This document shows, one piece after another, positions 23,801 to 33,151 of a DNA stretch of 64,000 nt. The first letter of the stretch is position 1. Every line of letters starts with the position of its first letter. The notes below the pieces were generated by a model, which had not been told where the DNA came from, ran no database searches, and saw only the letters and a list, made by a program, of their open reading frames with translations. Source of the stretch: Flectonema sp. DT1601 (lineage: Eukaryota); assembly GCA_964019425.1 (NCBI GenBank), contig OZ025798.1, positions 1,302,001 to 1,366,000 on the forward strand, in the 5' to 3' direction. Both the position numbers and the translations under genes were made by a program.

Positions 23801-25983
23801 TGAAGAAGAATGTCGGAGTTGGGCAATCTACTAATCGTCTTGGCAAGTTGCTTATTAATTCGGCGAAGAAGGTTCTCCTCAAGGCAGCTTCAGAGTTGAA
23901 AGTCGAGTACCAAGATGCGATAGAAAAGACGAAAGATCTTCCAAACGATGAAACATCAGAATCAGAACAAGAGATAATAACGAGAAACATTAAAAGATCA
24001 AAAACAGATTCCAACAACAATCGTATTTCGGTAGGAGCAGGTTTCGGAAAGCCAGTCTTGCAGCCAAATAATAACTCGCATTCGACTGTAGAATACAAAG
24101 CTCAAATTCCGATGTGCAAGTCGTCGTCTTATTCTGTAAAAGAGTTGCTGCTGAAAGATGTGAATCAGGCGCCAGTATTTCAGGCAGAAGTTCGCTTCCT
24201 TTCACAGTTGCGTTCAGCGCAATGCTGCGGATTCTGTTTCGACAGTCAAGGGGTTGCGATGTGCTTGGATGCGAGTACTGTTTATTATTACGAATTAAAT
24301 GCAGCTCGTTTTAAAACAATAATCGAAAGGTTACTAAGTGAGAATATAACAAAAGTTGCTTATGGAATGAAAGAACAGCTGAAGATAATCATGGAGAGAG
24401 TTGGTGTCAGAGGAAAGCCATTTATTGTTCCGAATATTGTCGATCCCAGAGTCGCTTGTTGGATGATTCAACCTGATGATAAGTTTGAGGGGGAGGTGAC
24501 TACCACACTCGAGTTGTTATTTAAACAGCAACTTCGAACGAATTCCTCACTTCGTACAGAAGTATCATCATCATGTTCAGCTGCTATTTCACAGTCTTGT
24601 AAGAGTGCTATTCAATCAATGGTTCTCATGAGACACTTGTTGGGAAACCTCCAATTCAACGACCTGCTCATTCCCTTCAGAGAATTAGAGATGCCGTTTG
24701 TTAACGTCATTGCTCACATGGAGTACTTGGGGATTTCTTTAAAGGATTCTGTCTATTCTACGTATGCTTCTGAGATGACTACAAAAGCTCGCTACTTGGA
24801 GAATATGGCACACAACTTAACTGGCTACAAGTGGTCCTTGGCATCACCTGCGGATTGTGCGAGAGCTCTGTTTGATAATCAGAAGCTTCCCTATGTCACC
24901 GTGAGAAACATTCATCCTGTAGATCACAAGATTCGTAAGAAACGGATCGAGTCGAGGTCAACATCAGCGGCAGTACTTTCAAAGTTGGCACAACTTGTAC
25001 CTGAAAACCCTTTACCGAATGCTATTAGAGAACATCGCACTCATGTTGGATGGCTGACTAAATATATCTACGCAATCCCGCGATATGTTGCAAAGTCTAC
25101 TGGCCGCGTTCATTCACAAATATTGCAAACAGCCACCAACACAGGGAGGCTTGCAGTAATGGACCCATCACTTCAAACTATCCCTCATCCTATCCAGTTC
25201 GAACCCGTCTCTTCGATTAGCTTAAACAAAAATGAACCGATAGCTGTCGAACTCCGAAAAGCATTTGTAGCGTCAGAAGGAATGATTATGGTCTCAGCAG
25301 ACTACAGTCAAATAGAAATCAGACTGATGGCTCACTTTAGTGGAGATGATGAAATGATTTCATTCTTGAGAGAGGGTGGAGATGTCTTTCGGAGAATAGC
25401 GTCGGGTGTTTGTAAAAAAAGTCAAAGTGAAGTATCTCCTGCAGAGCGAAAGATTGCAAAGGCGATCTGCTATGGAATGCTTTATGGTAAAGGAGTAAAG
25501 TCACTCAGTGAGGATTTGAATTGCTCTCCAGAAGAAGCATCGTCGTTCCTTCGTGATTTCCGTAGCAGTTTTACTGGAGTGACAAAATATATAAAAACAG
25601 TAGTTGCTGAGTGTCGTGTTAATGGATACGTTACTACTCTTTTAAATAGGAAAAGATATCTTCCGACAATCTATTCAGTGAAAGACAAGGAACGCGCGTC
25701 TGCTGAGAGGCAGGCAGTAAATACTGTTTGTCAGGGTTCTGCTGCTGATATCGTAAAGAAAGCAATGATAGCACTGCATGGCATTCTTCCTCCGCGTGGT
25801 CAGATTTTAGTTCAAATTCACGATGAGCTCCTAATCGAAGTCGAAGAGTCACACTTACGAACATCATTAGAACTTATTAAACAGACGATGGAGAATATTT
25901 GTACTTTGAAAGTACCGCTGCCGGTAAACTTAAAAATCGGACCCTCTTGGGGAGAATTGGAAGACTGCGGGAATGCTATTTGA
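20893..25983 (+). CDS. POLQ: DNA polymerase theta (Ski2-like helicase fused to family A polymerase), intronless, 1696 aa
   Basis: Helicase motifs APTSGGKT, DELH, MSAT, HHAGL, TLAAGVNLPARRV and GRAGR; polymerase motifs TGRL, ADYSQIE (A), RKIAKAICYG (B), ERQAVNT..QGSAAD and QIHDEL (C). Confidence 0.96.
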   Translation: MTEEEDEDSETLFGSSDGSETSEEASLRDDLYKSTTEVQEIALTTQLQVNQDVGVDGISGSDFYFKMTQQGRNLTSLTNCMRDSDTALTQLRGRKGESKNGEKNSAAPPDNETHPKDSSLAASNSRLTSVRNSDDSKSILPADTTPSLTRQLKAVPNKSVMKTSRFIKKERHVRKMAPLISIGSSFDFLPPSSEGENRLLSAPTKISDSMSLLRPGDVVEVDSLETIIATSQNNLTQTVCSESVPSKDRNYRSHITDYDLPEAVCEVYDSNGIGELFPWQIACLSETGVLEGEDLVFCAPTSGGKTLIAEMAIVKQLQRHVKRKVIFVVPYVSMVMERVESLTKLLEPLRVVVGTQAAGKGNRLLLDDVAVCTIERGNSIMNTIIDMGRVSEVSTIIIDELHMISDSDRGYLLELFLAKLLYAHHSDVQIVGMSATLPNATLLATWLRDAWFFSTNYRPVPLTEWYITSDVLKSIDSGTREVKKFPQCAPDDRLANLVLETVSEGNSVLVFCSSKMLVETTAAKLAKVMIDIYLTDEHQKQRNDAMDQLGAIPSGMDPTLAECIPLGVGYHHAGLCIEERDVIEECFRNGSVHTLTCTTTLAAGVNLPARRVIFLNTRIGLSRMDATRYKQACGRAGRMGLDSRGESVLLGKPDEEKFLRSLIEGPLKASTSSLTHTKRGMIRAIGEVIASGAVSSVCDIQRYVSCTFACTQTGEEAVVVSTQNALKFLEQNDFITWNLSNASFTPTRLAVATFRSGLCPEEAKLVFENLQIARQHFIMSHDLHLVYHCTPCITGITPCWRDYFQLFVQLSSEGQKIGRLVGIDDGTLAMSAHQQPQPSDPKCGVLNRFYAAMMLYDLANEVSIARVSTKYNVQRGDIQRLMNAAASFSGMVAAFSEQLNWWGFAPLIQQLQDRIRDGVTSDLVPLMQIPKMKSYRARSLYQAGYRTVESVASAPPSALESALSRVEPFLKKNVGVGQSTNRLGKLLINSAKKVLLKAASELKVEYQDAIEKTKDLPNDETSESEQEIITRNIKRSKTDSNNNRISVGAGFGKPVLQPNNNSHSTVEYKAQIPMCKSSSYSVKELLLKDVNQAPVFQAEVRFLSQLRSAQCCGFCFDSQGVAMCLDASTVYYYELNAARFKTIIERLLSENITKVAYGMKEQLKIIMERVGVRGKPFIVPNIVDPRVACWMIQPDDKFEGEVTTTLELLFKQQLRTNSSLRTEVSSSCSAAISQSCKSAIQSMVLMRHLLGNLQFNDLLIPFRELEMPFVNVIAHMEYLGISLKDSVYSTYASEMTTKARYLENMAHNLTGYKWSLASPADCARALFDNQKLPYVTVRNIHPVDHKIRKKRIESRSTSAAVLSKLAQLVPENPLPNAIREHRTHVGWLTKYIYAIPRYVAKSTGRVHSQILQTATNTGRLAVMDPSLQTIPHPIQFEPVSSISLNKNEPIAVELRKAFVASEGMIMVSADYSQIEIRLMAHFSGDDEMISFLREGGDVFRRIASGVCKKSQSEVSPAERKIAKAICYGMLYGKGVKSLSEDLNCSPEEASSFLRDFRSSFTGVTKYIKTVVAECRVNGYVTTLLNRKRYLPTIYSVKDKERASAERQAVNTVCQGSAADIVKKAMIALHGILPPRGQILVQIHDELLIEVEESHLRTSLELIKQTMENICTLKVPLPVNLKIGPSWGELEDCGNAI

Positions 25984-26191
25984 GAAGATCATTATTACTA
26001 ATTCTACCCTTCTTTATTAGAACTTCTTGTTGACGTCTCCACGTGGTATTCTTATTGAAAGTGTTGTCAAATGCAACACATTTTATTTCAGCATAGATGT
26101 TATTGGAACAAAGAGAAAATCCAATTATTTGGGTTGAGTGTTTGTGTTGCGTTGAAACTAAATGTACTTTAATTTGCAGATAAAAACACTA

Positions 26192-28222
26192 ATGTCAAGG
26201 GGAAAAGAAAGTCCCGGAAGTGGTCCACTTGCTGGTCTTCGAAAGGCAGGGAATGCAATTCAGAAAGCCTTGTTCACAACAAATAATGCGAATACTAAAA
26301 CTGATACACGCCACGTGATTGATGAAGAAACCGGAAAGATAACTGTTAAGATGCAGGAGATGGATTTCATTGCAGCTAACGATGCGAAGCTTCTCTCGAT
26401 TGACAGACACTTCGATATCAATCCTGGAAGTGAGAATGAATGTGAACTCAAGAAGGCGATAACAAAAGTTGTTCAAGTCCTTCGATCAAATCCAGTTCAA
26501 AGAAAGTTAGTACGAGCTAAAATGTTTTACGACGACTCCATTGAAAGGAAACCCGACCCCAGAGTCCTCGCAGGAAATATTAAAACATACATCGATATGG
26601 TCATGGGATCGAACAAACTGGAAGACTTGTTGTTTGCTGAAATGACAATCGAAATTCTTTCAATTTACCTGCTCGGTGCCTGCACTGACACTACTGAGAA
26701 TGATCCTCGTATACCAGATTCTGAACTGATCAAAGAGAATGATCTCCCAGGCTTTGGCAAGTCTAAAAACCAAAAAAGAATAACAAAAAGAGATAATGAT
26801 CTGCAAAGACAAGAACTGATTGAAGTTCAAGCTGAGCCTGAATCTGTTGGAACATCAAAAGAACTGGCGTACGTAATGAATTGCGGAATTGTTCAGCTTT
26901 TAGATTTTGTTTTAGAAAATAAGACTCTTGGCCTAACTCCTTTCTTACTGGGAAGTTGTTCTCAAACACTTGTCTGGACAATGGGATTATATCGCGTCAT
27001 GATAGAAAGTGATGACATGCCACTGAAGCATGCCTACGAAAAGAAGATGGTGCGAACTTGTTGGGAAGTCATCGCCTTGAAAACAAGAATGCGGGACCCA
27101 AACAACGGGAAGATTACCCGACTGAAGGTAAACGCGTTGTTTATTTTACTTGAGTTGGGTAACTACTCTGCTGATCAAGCTGATAGAGATCTCAGTATTA
27201 ATATTATCAATCTTAATACTCGCAGTGTTAAGGAACTTACAAAGCTACTTCACCATCAGCCGGCAATCCATCCCACGCTGTTGGCAGTCATTACTCTCAT
27301 TGGGCAGAAGGAGACTAACAACGCACTCCTTAAGCAGCATGGAATGTTGGAATACTTTACAACTAAAGTATTACCCTTTTACAGCGCATCACATCGTCAT
27401 TGTATTCCTAATTTAGTTATTCTACTCAACAGTTGGATTGTGAACGCTGATGATTTACAGTTCTTCTACCAATTTAATGGAATCCAATGTCTCGTATTTC
27501 ATATGAAATGTTGTATGGATCCGAATGCTGCAAAAGGAAGCAGCACTCAAGAAGCTTTGAATTGGGAGGATATGCTTCTACACGGAATATCAATTTTATA
27601 TAAATTAAGTGATAGCAAACAATATCACATGCGTATGTATCAAGACGATTGCCTAACAGTCTTACTTGAAGCTTTACGTGTGTTAGACCCTCTCAAGAGT
27701 ATTTACCACCTGAACGCATTCATTGCCTGCGTTTACATTCTTAGAAATGTAACAGCGGATTCAATTTATATGAGAATGGCGATATTAAATAGTGATCATT
27801 TTTTAATTTTATCACATCTTCTGAGTACCACTTCCCTCCCCGTTAACTGTCTCATTCATTTGTTATTTTTGTTTAGCACCCTCTCCAGAGACCGCGACCA
27901 GAGTGGTGAGGTAGACGCAGAGTACTGCAGTTTAATTATGAATAAACTATTTTTATCAGTATTCCGTCCCCTTTGTAAGATCATTCAGGCAGCTCCACTA
28001 CAGAAAGTAATGGATGATTCACAACTTACTGTTCTTTGTCTCGCACTCCAGACGGTAGCGACACTTGTTAGTACTGCGAAGCAAGAGAATCCTCTCCTTT
28101 GCATTCAAATTGAGTACGACTTGCCACTTGAGAACTTGAAATCGATGGCAAAAGCCGACTCGAAAACTCCGTACCCGGAGCTCGCTAACAAAGTATTAGG
28201 AATGGTTTATCTGATGCCGTAG
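26192..28222 (+). CDS. Hypothetical helical (armadillo/HEAT-like) protein
   Basis: Long intact ORF with Leu-rich amphipathic helices; start placed at ATG 26192 after the AG at 26179. The fold is a guess from composition. Confidence 0.72.
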   Translation: MSRGKESPGSGPLAGLRKAGNAIQKALFTTNNANTKTDTRHVIDEETGKITVKMQEMDFIAANDAKLLSIDRHFDINPGSENECELKKAITKVVQVLRSNPVQRKLVRAKMFYDDSIERKPDPRVLAGNIKTYIDMVMGSNKLEDLLFAEMTIEILSIYLLGACTDTTENDPRIPDSELIKENDLPGFGKSKNQKRITKRDNDLQRQELIEVQAEPESVGTSKELAYVMNCGIVQLLDFVLENKTLGLTPFLLGSCSQTLVWTMGLYRVMIESDDMPLKHAYEKKMVRTCWEVIALKTRMRDPNNGKITRLKVNALFILLELGNYSADQADRDLSINIINLNTRSVKELTKLLHHQPAIHPTLLAVITLIGQKETNNALLKQHGMLEYFTTKVLPFYSASHRHCIPNLVILLNSWIVNADDLQFFYQFNGIQCLVFHMKCCMDPNAAKGSSTQEALNWEDMLLHGISILYKLSDSKQYHMRMYQDDCLTVLLEALRVLDPLKSIYHLNAFIACVYILRNVTADSIYMRMAILNSDHFLILSHLLSTTSLPVNCLIHLLFLFSTLSRDRDQSGEVDAEYCSLIMNKLFLSVFRPLCKIIQAAPLQKVMDDSQLTVLCLALQTVATLVSTAKQENPLLCIQIEYDLPLENLKSMAKADSKTPYPELANKVLGMVYLMP

Positions 28223-28433
28223 TTTGTTATGTTTGTCAGGTCGTCTTCGCATTCTCCGCATCCGCATATGGAGAAGATATTACAGCTTTTATTTATTTAA
28301 CGACACCTTAATTGTCTTACCTCGCAACGCAGTTTTACAACTTGTCTGTTGCTTTTTTATTGTTGCGGTGGTTTACTTTTTGCATTATCTCACTCTCATC
28401 TCCTATACAGAAAACAACAACTCGCATTTCAAG

Positions 28434-28973
28434 ATGTCGACCATCATGTTGAAAGGTTTTGGAGGAGCTGGTATTCTGATTGCCATTGAACAGCTGGTAT
28501 TGAAGAAGAACTTCCCATGGTTGTACGAGGTTGCTAACTTTGGTCTTCCAAAGGCATTTGCTGGAGTTATTCTTGTGAACGTAGTTGGATCTGCTTTCTT
28601 ATTGTTGAGTTTGGGAATGAAAGTTGGCGCTGCCAGAAAGAAGTTCGACATCGCACTTCCAAAGATGTACGCCGAGGGAGACAGTGAGGACGCCAAGAAG
28701 TTTAACTGCGTTCAGAGAGGTCACCAACAAGCACTCGAGACTTACCCACAATACTTAGCCATGTCATTAATTGGAGGATTGTTCAACCCAGTCGGAACAA
28801 CTCTTGCTGGCATCTTCTGGAACGTTGCCCGTTCGGCTTGGGCTTCTGGATATGCTACTGGTAACCCAGACAGCCGCTACGGCGCATCCAGCGCTATCGG
28901 CATCTGGTACTCCCTTCTTTACGTTATCGCGTCTGCTGGATCCGCTGCCCTCAAGACAACAGGATGCATTTAA
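28434..28973 (+). CDS. MAPEG-family protein (microsomal glutathione S-transferase 3-like)
   Basis: VGAARKKF..LPKMYA, FNCVQRGHQQALE and GYATGNP..R motifs with TM helices; ATG 28434 follows the AG at 28410. Confidence 0.9.
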   Translation: MSTIMLKGFGGAGILIAIEQLVLKKNFPWLYEVANFGLPKAFAGVILVNVVGSAFLLLSLGMKVGAARKKFDIALPKMYAEGDSEDAKKFNCVQRGHQQALETYPQYLAMSLIGGLFNPVGTTLAGIFWNVARSAWASGYATGNPDSRYGASSAIGIWYSLLYVIASAGSAALKTTGCI

Positions 28974-29262
28974 GTATCGGCAAGGTAGTTTTAAATTAAA
29001 AATGAATTTTTTTTTCGTTTAAAAAATTAACTTTTTATTGCAACACTTCGATAAATATGCGTCGCCATGTTTTGTCTCGTTACGTGTTGCAATAATTATT
29101 TTTTGTTGAGCCGTTAAAAAAAAGAACACTTGCTTGACTCGCGGTCGTTAAGTGGTTCGATTTGCTAAAAATATTTCAACAGAGCTGCCACTTTAAGGAT
29201 CTCATTGATTCTAAAGGAGACTTGAACAGATAATAAATTATACTTAACCAGTACACTCTACT

Positions 29263-29754
29263 ATGGGTGCCCAATGCGGGTGCCAAGCGTACGTTGATGA
29301 GGATTGTGAGATGGACATGCTTGAGAAGGAACTGGGTGATTTAGCGTTTAGTGGCGGGAAGACGCAGCTTGCAATCGATAAATTAGATAGGTTTGCGCTG
29401 ACATACGAAATACCCCCGCCGTCACTTTTAAACACGAGAGGAGTACTTTATTATCTAATTGGTGACTATAAAGCTGCGTCAATAAACTTTGACTGTGCGG
29501 TCAATTACGCTCCTGAATGCGGATTATATTTTTATAACATGGGAATCACTAAAAGACAACTAGGTGACACCGAAGGGTCTCTTAAGGCATTCCGAGAAGC
29601 ACTTCGCATCGACCCGATGCTCTCAAATGGTTTGTATTTATTGTTTCTTGCGCTCAGCCATGTGGAGTTCTATAAAAAACATAAGAAAATCAGGCGACCG
29701 GAGAGATGGGCCGAGATGGCGAATAGTTTGTCAACGAGATCCTTTTGGAACTAA
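29263..29754 (+). CDS. Small TPR-repeat protein with putative dual N-acylation
   Basis: TPR consensus (LNTRGVLYY..GDYKAA..F..A...AP; YFYNMG..K..LGD...SL.AF..AL.IDP); MGAQCGC N-terminus. Confidence 0.8.
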   Translation: MGAQCGCQAYVDEDCEMDMLEKELGDLAFSGGKTQLAIDKLDRFALTYEIPPPSLLNTRGVLYYLIGDYKAASINFDCAVNYAPECGLYFYNMGITKRQLGDTEGSLKAFREALRIDPMLSNGLYLLFLALSHVEFYKKHKKIRRPERWAEMANSLSTRSFWN

Positions 29755-30073
29755 ACAATTATTTTGATTTGTTGACAAGACGGATTTGATTATTCAAAAG
29801 TTGTCATTCAGAGCTAGCCTTCAAATGCTGAGCCCGTGCTGAGTAGAATCGTTCATTCTGAGATCTCATCACTCTTGCTAACTAACTATCCTTTTTAATG
29901 ATTTAGCGCTTCTTTGTACTACACAGCGCAGGTGATTATATTTGTAAAGCTACTGAAGTAAACATTTCAATTCCCAGATTCCAGTACACAAATGAGAGTT
30001 GTTTTTGAAATAATCTGATGAGCGAAAGCGTATTATGAGTACCACCAGTTATAACAGGATAGTCAGTACAAAA

Positions 30074-30946
30074 ATGGCAATGGGGGAAGAGTATGAAAAA
30101 GAAGTCGAATCTCTAGCAAAGAAGAACGACGAATTACGAACGGAGTTGTGGCAGCTGAACGAAGAAATTACGAAAAGGTTGAGGAGCAAGGGAGAATTGC
30201 TACCCCCGTTGGGGAGTAGAGTTGTTCAAGCGACAAACGCACTTTACCAAACTCCAGAAATGAAGGAACACGAAAAGGCGAGGAGAGAAAATGCGAGACT
30301 ACTAAAGAAATTACGCGAAAACACTTCGCTGCTTGAAGTTCAAGAGATAAAAGATGCTTTAGCTGAAAAGCAAAAGCAAATTGACGAAATAGAATTACAA
30401 AACAGCACCTTGGAGCAGGTCAGCCGTCACCAGTCGAAAGGACTCGAACACGTTACTCGTCTGGAAACCGAGTTGGATGAGATTGCCAGAGTCCATAGCA
30501 GGGATGTGATGAAATATAAAAAAGATATTAAATCCGAAAGAGCAGCTCGAGATGAAATTCAAAAACAGGTAACTATGAATCAGGTTAAAATTGCCAGTCT
30601 TAAGACACGCATTAATAGTGCAAAGTCACCACTCGCAGAGAAGTGGGGATCAATTGATCAATTACGTCAGCAGCTTGATAAAAAAGATGCAATCCTCGAA
30701 GACCTCTCCCGCCAAGTTGAAGAGGCCCGTAGAAATAATAATACTGATGAAGAACTAAAGCAACTCCGCAAGGAATACCGCGAGAATACATCAGAAGTCC
30801 AGAAATTGCAGTCCATTATTCAGGAGACTAAACAGAAAGTAGTTGAGACTGAGAAGGTTCTGCAGATGAGTGCGTCTCCGTATCTCTGGAAGTTCAGTAA
30901 GAATTCGCCCACAGCTGGAGGTGGTGTCGGTTCCCCCTACAACTAG
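30074..30946 (+). CDS. Coiled-coil protein, possibly lebercilin-domain
   Basis: Continuous heptads; EIKDALAEKQKQIDEIELQNSTLEQVSRHQSKGL resembles the lebercilin consensus as I recall it. Alternative start at 30035. Confidence 0.7.
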   Translation: MAMGEEYEKEVESLAKKNDELRTELWQLNEEITKRLRSKGELLPPLGSRVVQATNALYQTPEMKEHEKARRENARLLKKLRENTSLLEVQEIKDALAEKQKQIDEIELQNSTLEQVSRHQSKGLEHVTRLETELDEIARVHSRDVMKYKKDIKSERAARDEIQKQVTMNQVKIASLKTRINSAKSPLAEKWGSIDQLRQQLDKKDAILEDLSRQVEEARRNNNTDEELKQLRKEYRENTSEVQKLQSIIQETKQKVVETEKVLQMSASPYLWKFSKNSPTAGGGVGSPYN

Positions 30947-31223
30947 GCAACGGATAGTCCGACAGAATATGTTTTTGATGCGAGTTCTGAAAGAAACAAC
31001 GACGATAACATCGGTAGCTTGTTGTAGTATTCTAATAATGTTACTGAGTGTTCCCCTTCCCCTTTCTGACGCGTCTTTTTCCCAGTCTTTGTTATTACCG
31101 CCACCTTGCCACACCGCTTTAGTTTACGGTTTGTTTGTTTGCTTCATTCGCTTAGTAACAGTCAGGTGTAGTAAAAACCTTGAAGATTTCCAGAGTTCGG
31201 TGGGCACAAAAAGTGGATTAAAA

Positions 31224-33151
31224 ATGTCGATGGATGCCTTTGAGGAACTCCGAACAGGCGGAGGGTTGTCATGTGCCGAAGGGAAAGAAACAGCAATGAC
31301 GGAGTCCATGAAAGACGATCAATTTGAGGCAGTTGAAGATGAGGGATGGCACTGGCAATTAGACGGAACTGCACGAAGATGCGGTAACCCAGATTGCAGG
31401 GGAGAGTTTTGGCTTATCCGGCGAAGGCATCACTGTAGGCCATGCGGGAAGGTTTACTGTTCTGCATGCTGTACAGTAACTCTGGGGAATGGGATTAGGC
31501 AGTGTCTTAGGTGTTCTGAAAAAGCCAATCCTGCACTTCCTACATTCCTACCTGCAACGACCCGCAACGTTGGGGTCAGGGCAGTTAAGATCGAGAAACT
31601 GGTGACAACGTTACTCGAGCAGTCTGCATCGTACAGTACCATCGGACTTCCGCAATTACTATCCTCGGGACCCCCTCGTAAAATATTTAAAATAAAATCT
31701 GAAATTGGACTCGGAAACTTTGGGCGAGTATTCGAAGCACAAGATGATCGAGTTGGTGACAACGTGGCCATCAAAGTAATTGAAATGAGACCAACAACGC
31801 AACCTGATCAGATTGCCCGCGAAGTCGTAAATCACCAGAAGGCTATAAACGCGCACTTACTCAGATCCAAAGAAAGACATCCGTTCCCGCGTTTGTACGA
31901 CGTCTTTGAGAACAAAGGTGGGTTTTTTAAGCCTCAAGCCGTGTGGATAGTTATGGAACTCGTAAGCGGTGAAACGTTATCAGACTTCCTGAGAATTGAA
32001 TATCCTGTACCAACTGATGGTCACTTTTCAACTACTGCACCAGAGCTGGCTCATTTAATGCCTGCGGGTGCGCAGGACAGGAAGAATGCGCGGAAAAGAC
32101 AACGTTCGATTCAAACATTAGATTTAACGGAAATGGATCAACCAGTTCAAGATAAAGCCGCTGGTGGTCGTAAATCTCGCGGCATATCTGATGAGCGGAC
32201 AGTTGCCGACTACTGCAGACAACTCTTGATGGCCATTCTGAGAGTTCACCAGGCTGGTTTAATCTTTCGAGACCTGAAGGCAGACAACGTGATGGTCGAA
32301 AGCGACAACTTTACGGAAAAAAGACTTCTCCGTCTCATTGATTTCGGAAGCAGTATTCCTTTACCAAATGGAACATCTGAAGAGGAGATGGACAATAAGG
32401 TTATTGAGGACACGATGTTAGTCGGATCTATGCCATACATGCCTCCAGAATCATGGGATTTACAATACAGTCAAAAAAGTGATATTTGGGGATTTGGTTG
32501 TCTTGCTCACGAGATTTGTGAGGGAGTCTCTCCTTTTGAATTCGTCCCATACAAGGTAGCTGAGCTAATGGCAGACATGAGAGAGTACAACAGCAAGTTA
32601 TCAAGCAAGGACGATGTCACTGAGGAAACGCTTAATGACAGCAGACAAGAATGCGAGATGACTGTTTCTGATGTTCGTTCGAAACTACGGACGTTGCTTG
32701 CCTCATGTCAAGTACTGATGGAAAATAAAAAGCTGCCGAAAGCCTCGAAAGACCCATCGGCCAGCATTCTCTGTTGGTCCCCGGAGTTGAAGGAGTTTAT
32801 TGGTATGAAACATGTCTTTATTTTTTAGAGCATTAAGACCGTAAATCTTTTTGTTAGATTTATGATTTCTCAACCGATTCCAAAACAGGATCTTGTTTTA
32901 AAATTGATCCGAAGGAGAGACCAAACGCACTTCAACTACTTCAACATCCTTTCATCCGAAGATACAGCGACGATTACAATGAAGAACGCTCAATTGGAGT
33001 TGAGGTATGGCATTTATTTCTGCTAAATGAAACCCACGACGAGACAAGAATCACTCACCATAATAAACAGGAATACTACACTACTTTGTTGTCAGCTCCG
33101 AGGAATAACGACTACCGTGATCCGGTTCTTGCAATCACAGACCACAAGTAG
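31224..33151 (+). CDS. FYVE-domain Ser/Thr protein kinase; 3 exons (31224-32802, 32889-33004, 33071-33151), ~591 aa
   Basis: FYVE motifs WQLD, RRHHCRPCG and RQC; kinase motifs GLGNFG, VAIK, FRDLKADN, DFG, PPE and DIWGFG. Splicing supplies subdomain XI (DPKERPNALQLLQHPF). Confidence 0.9.

Noticed and set aside
30870..31223. N-terminal extension of the kinase ORF in the track (likewise 28224-28433 and 11985-12062)
   Set aside because: Non-ATG starts running through intergenic or acceptor sequence; the 30870 start also overlaps the previous gene.
32795..32808. TTTATTGGTATG matching the SL exon/intron boundary
   Set aside because: It is the cis donor of a kinase intron; the upstream bases are coding.
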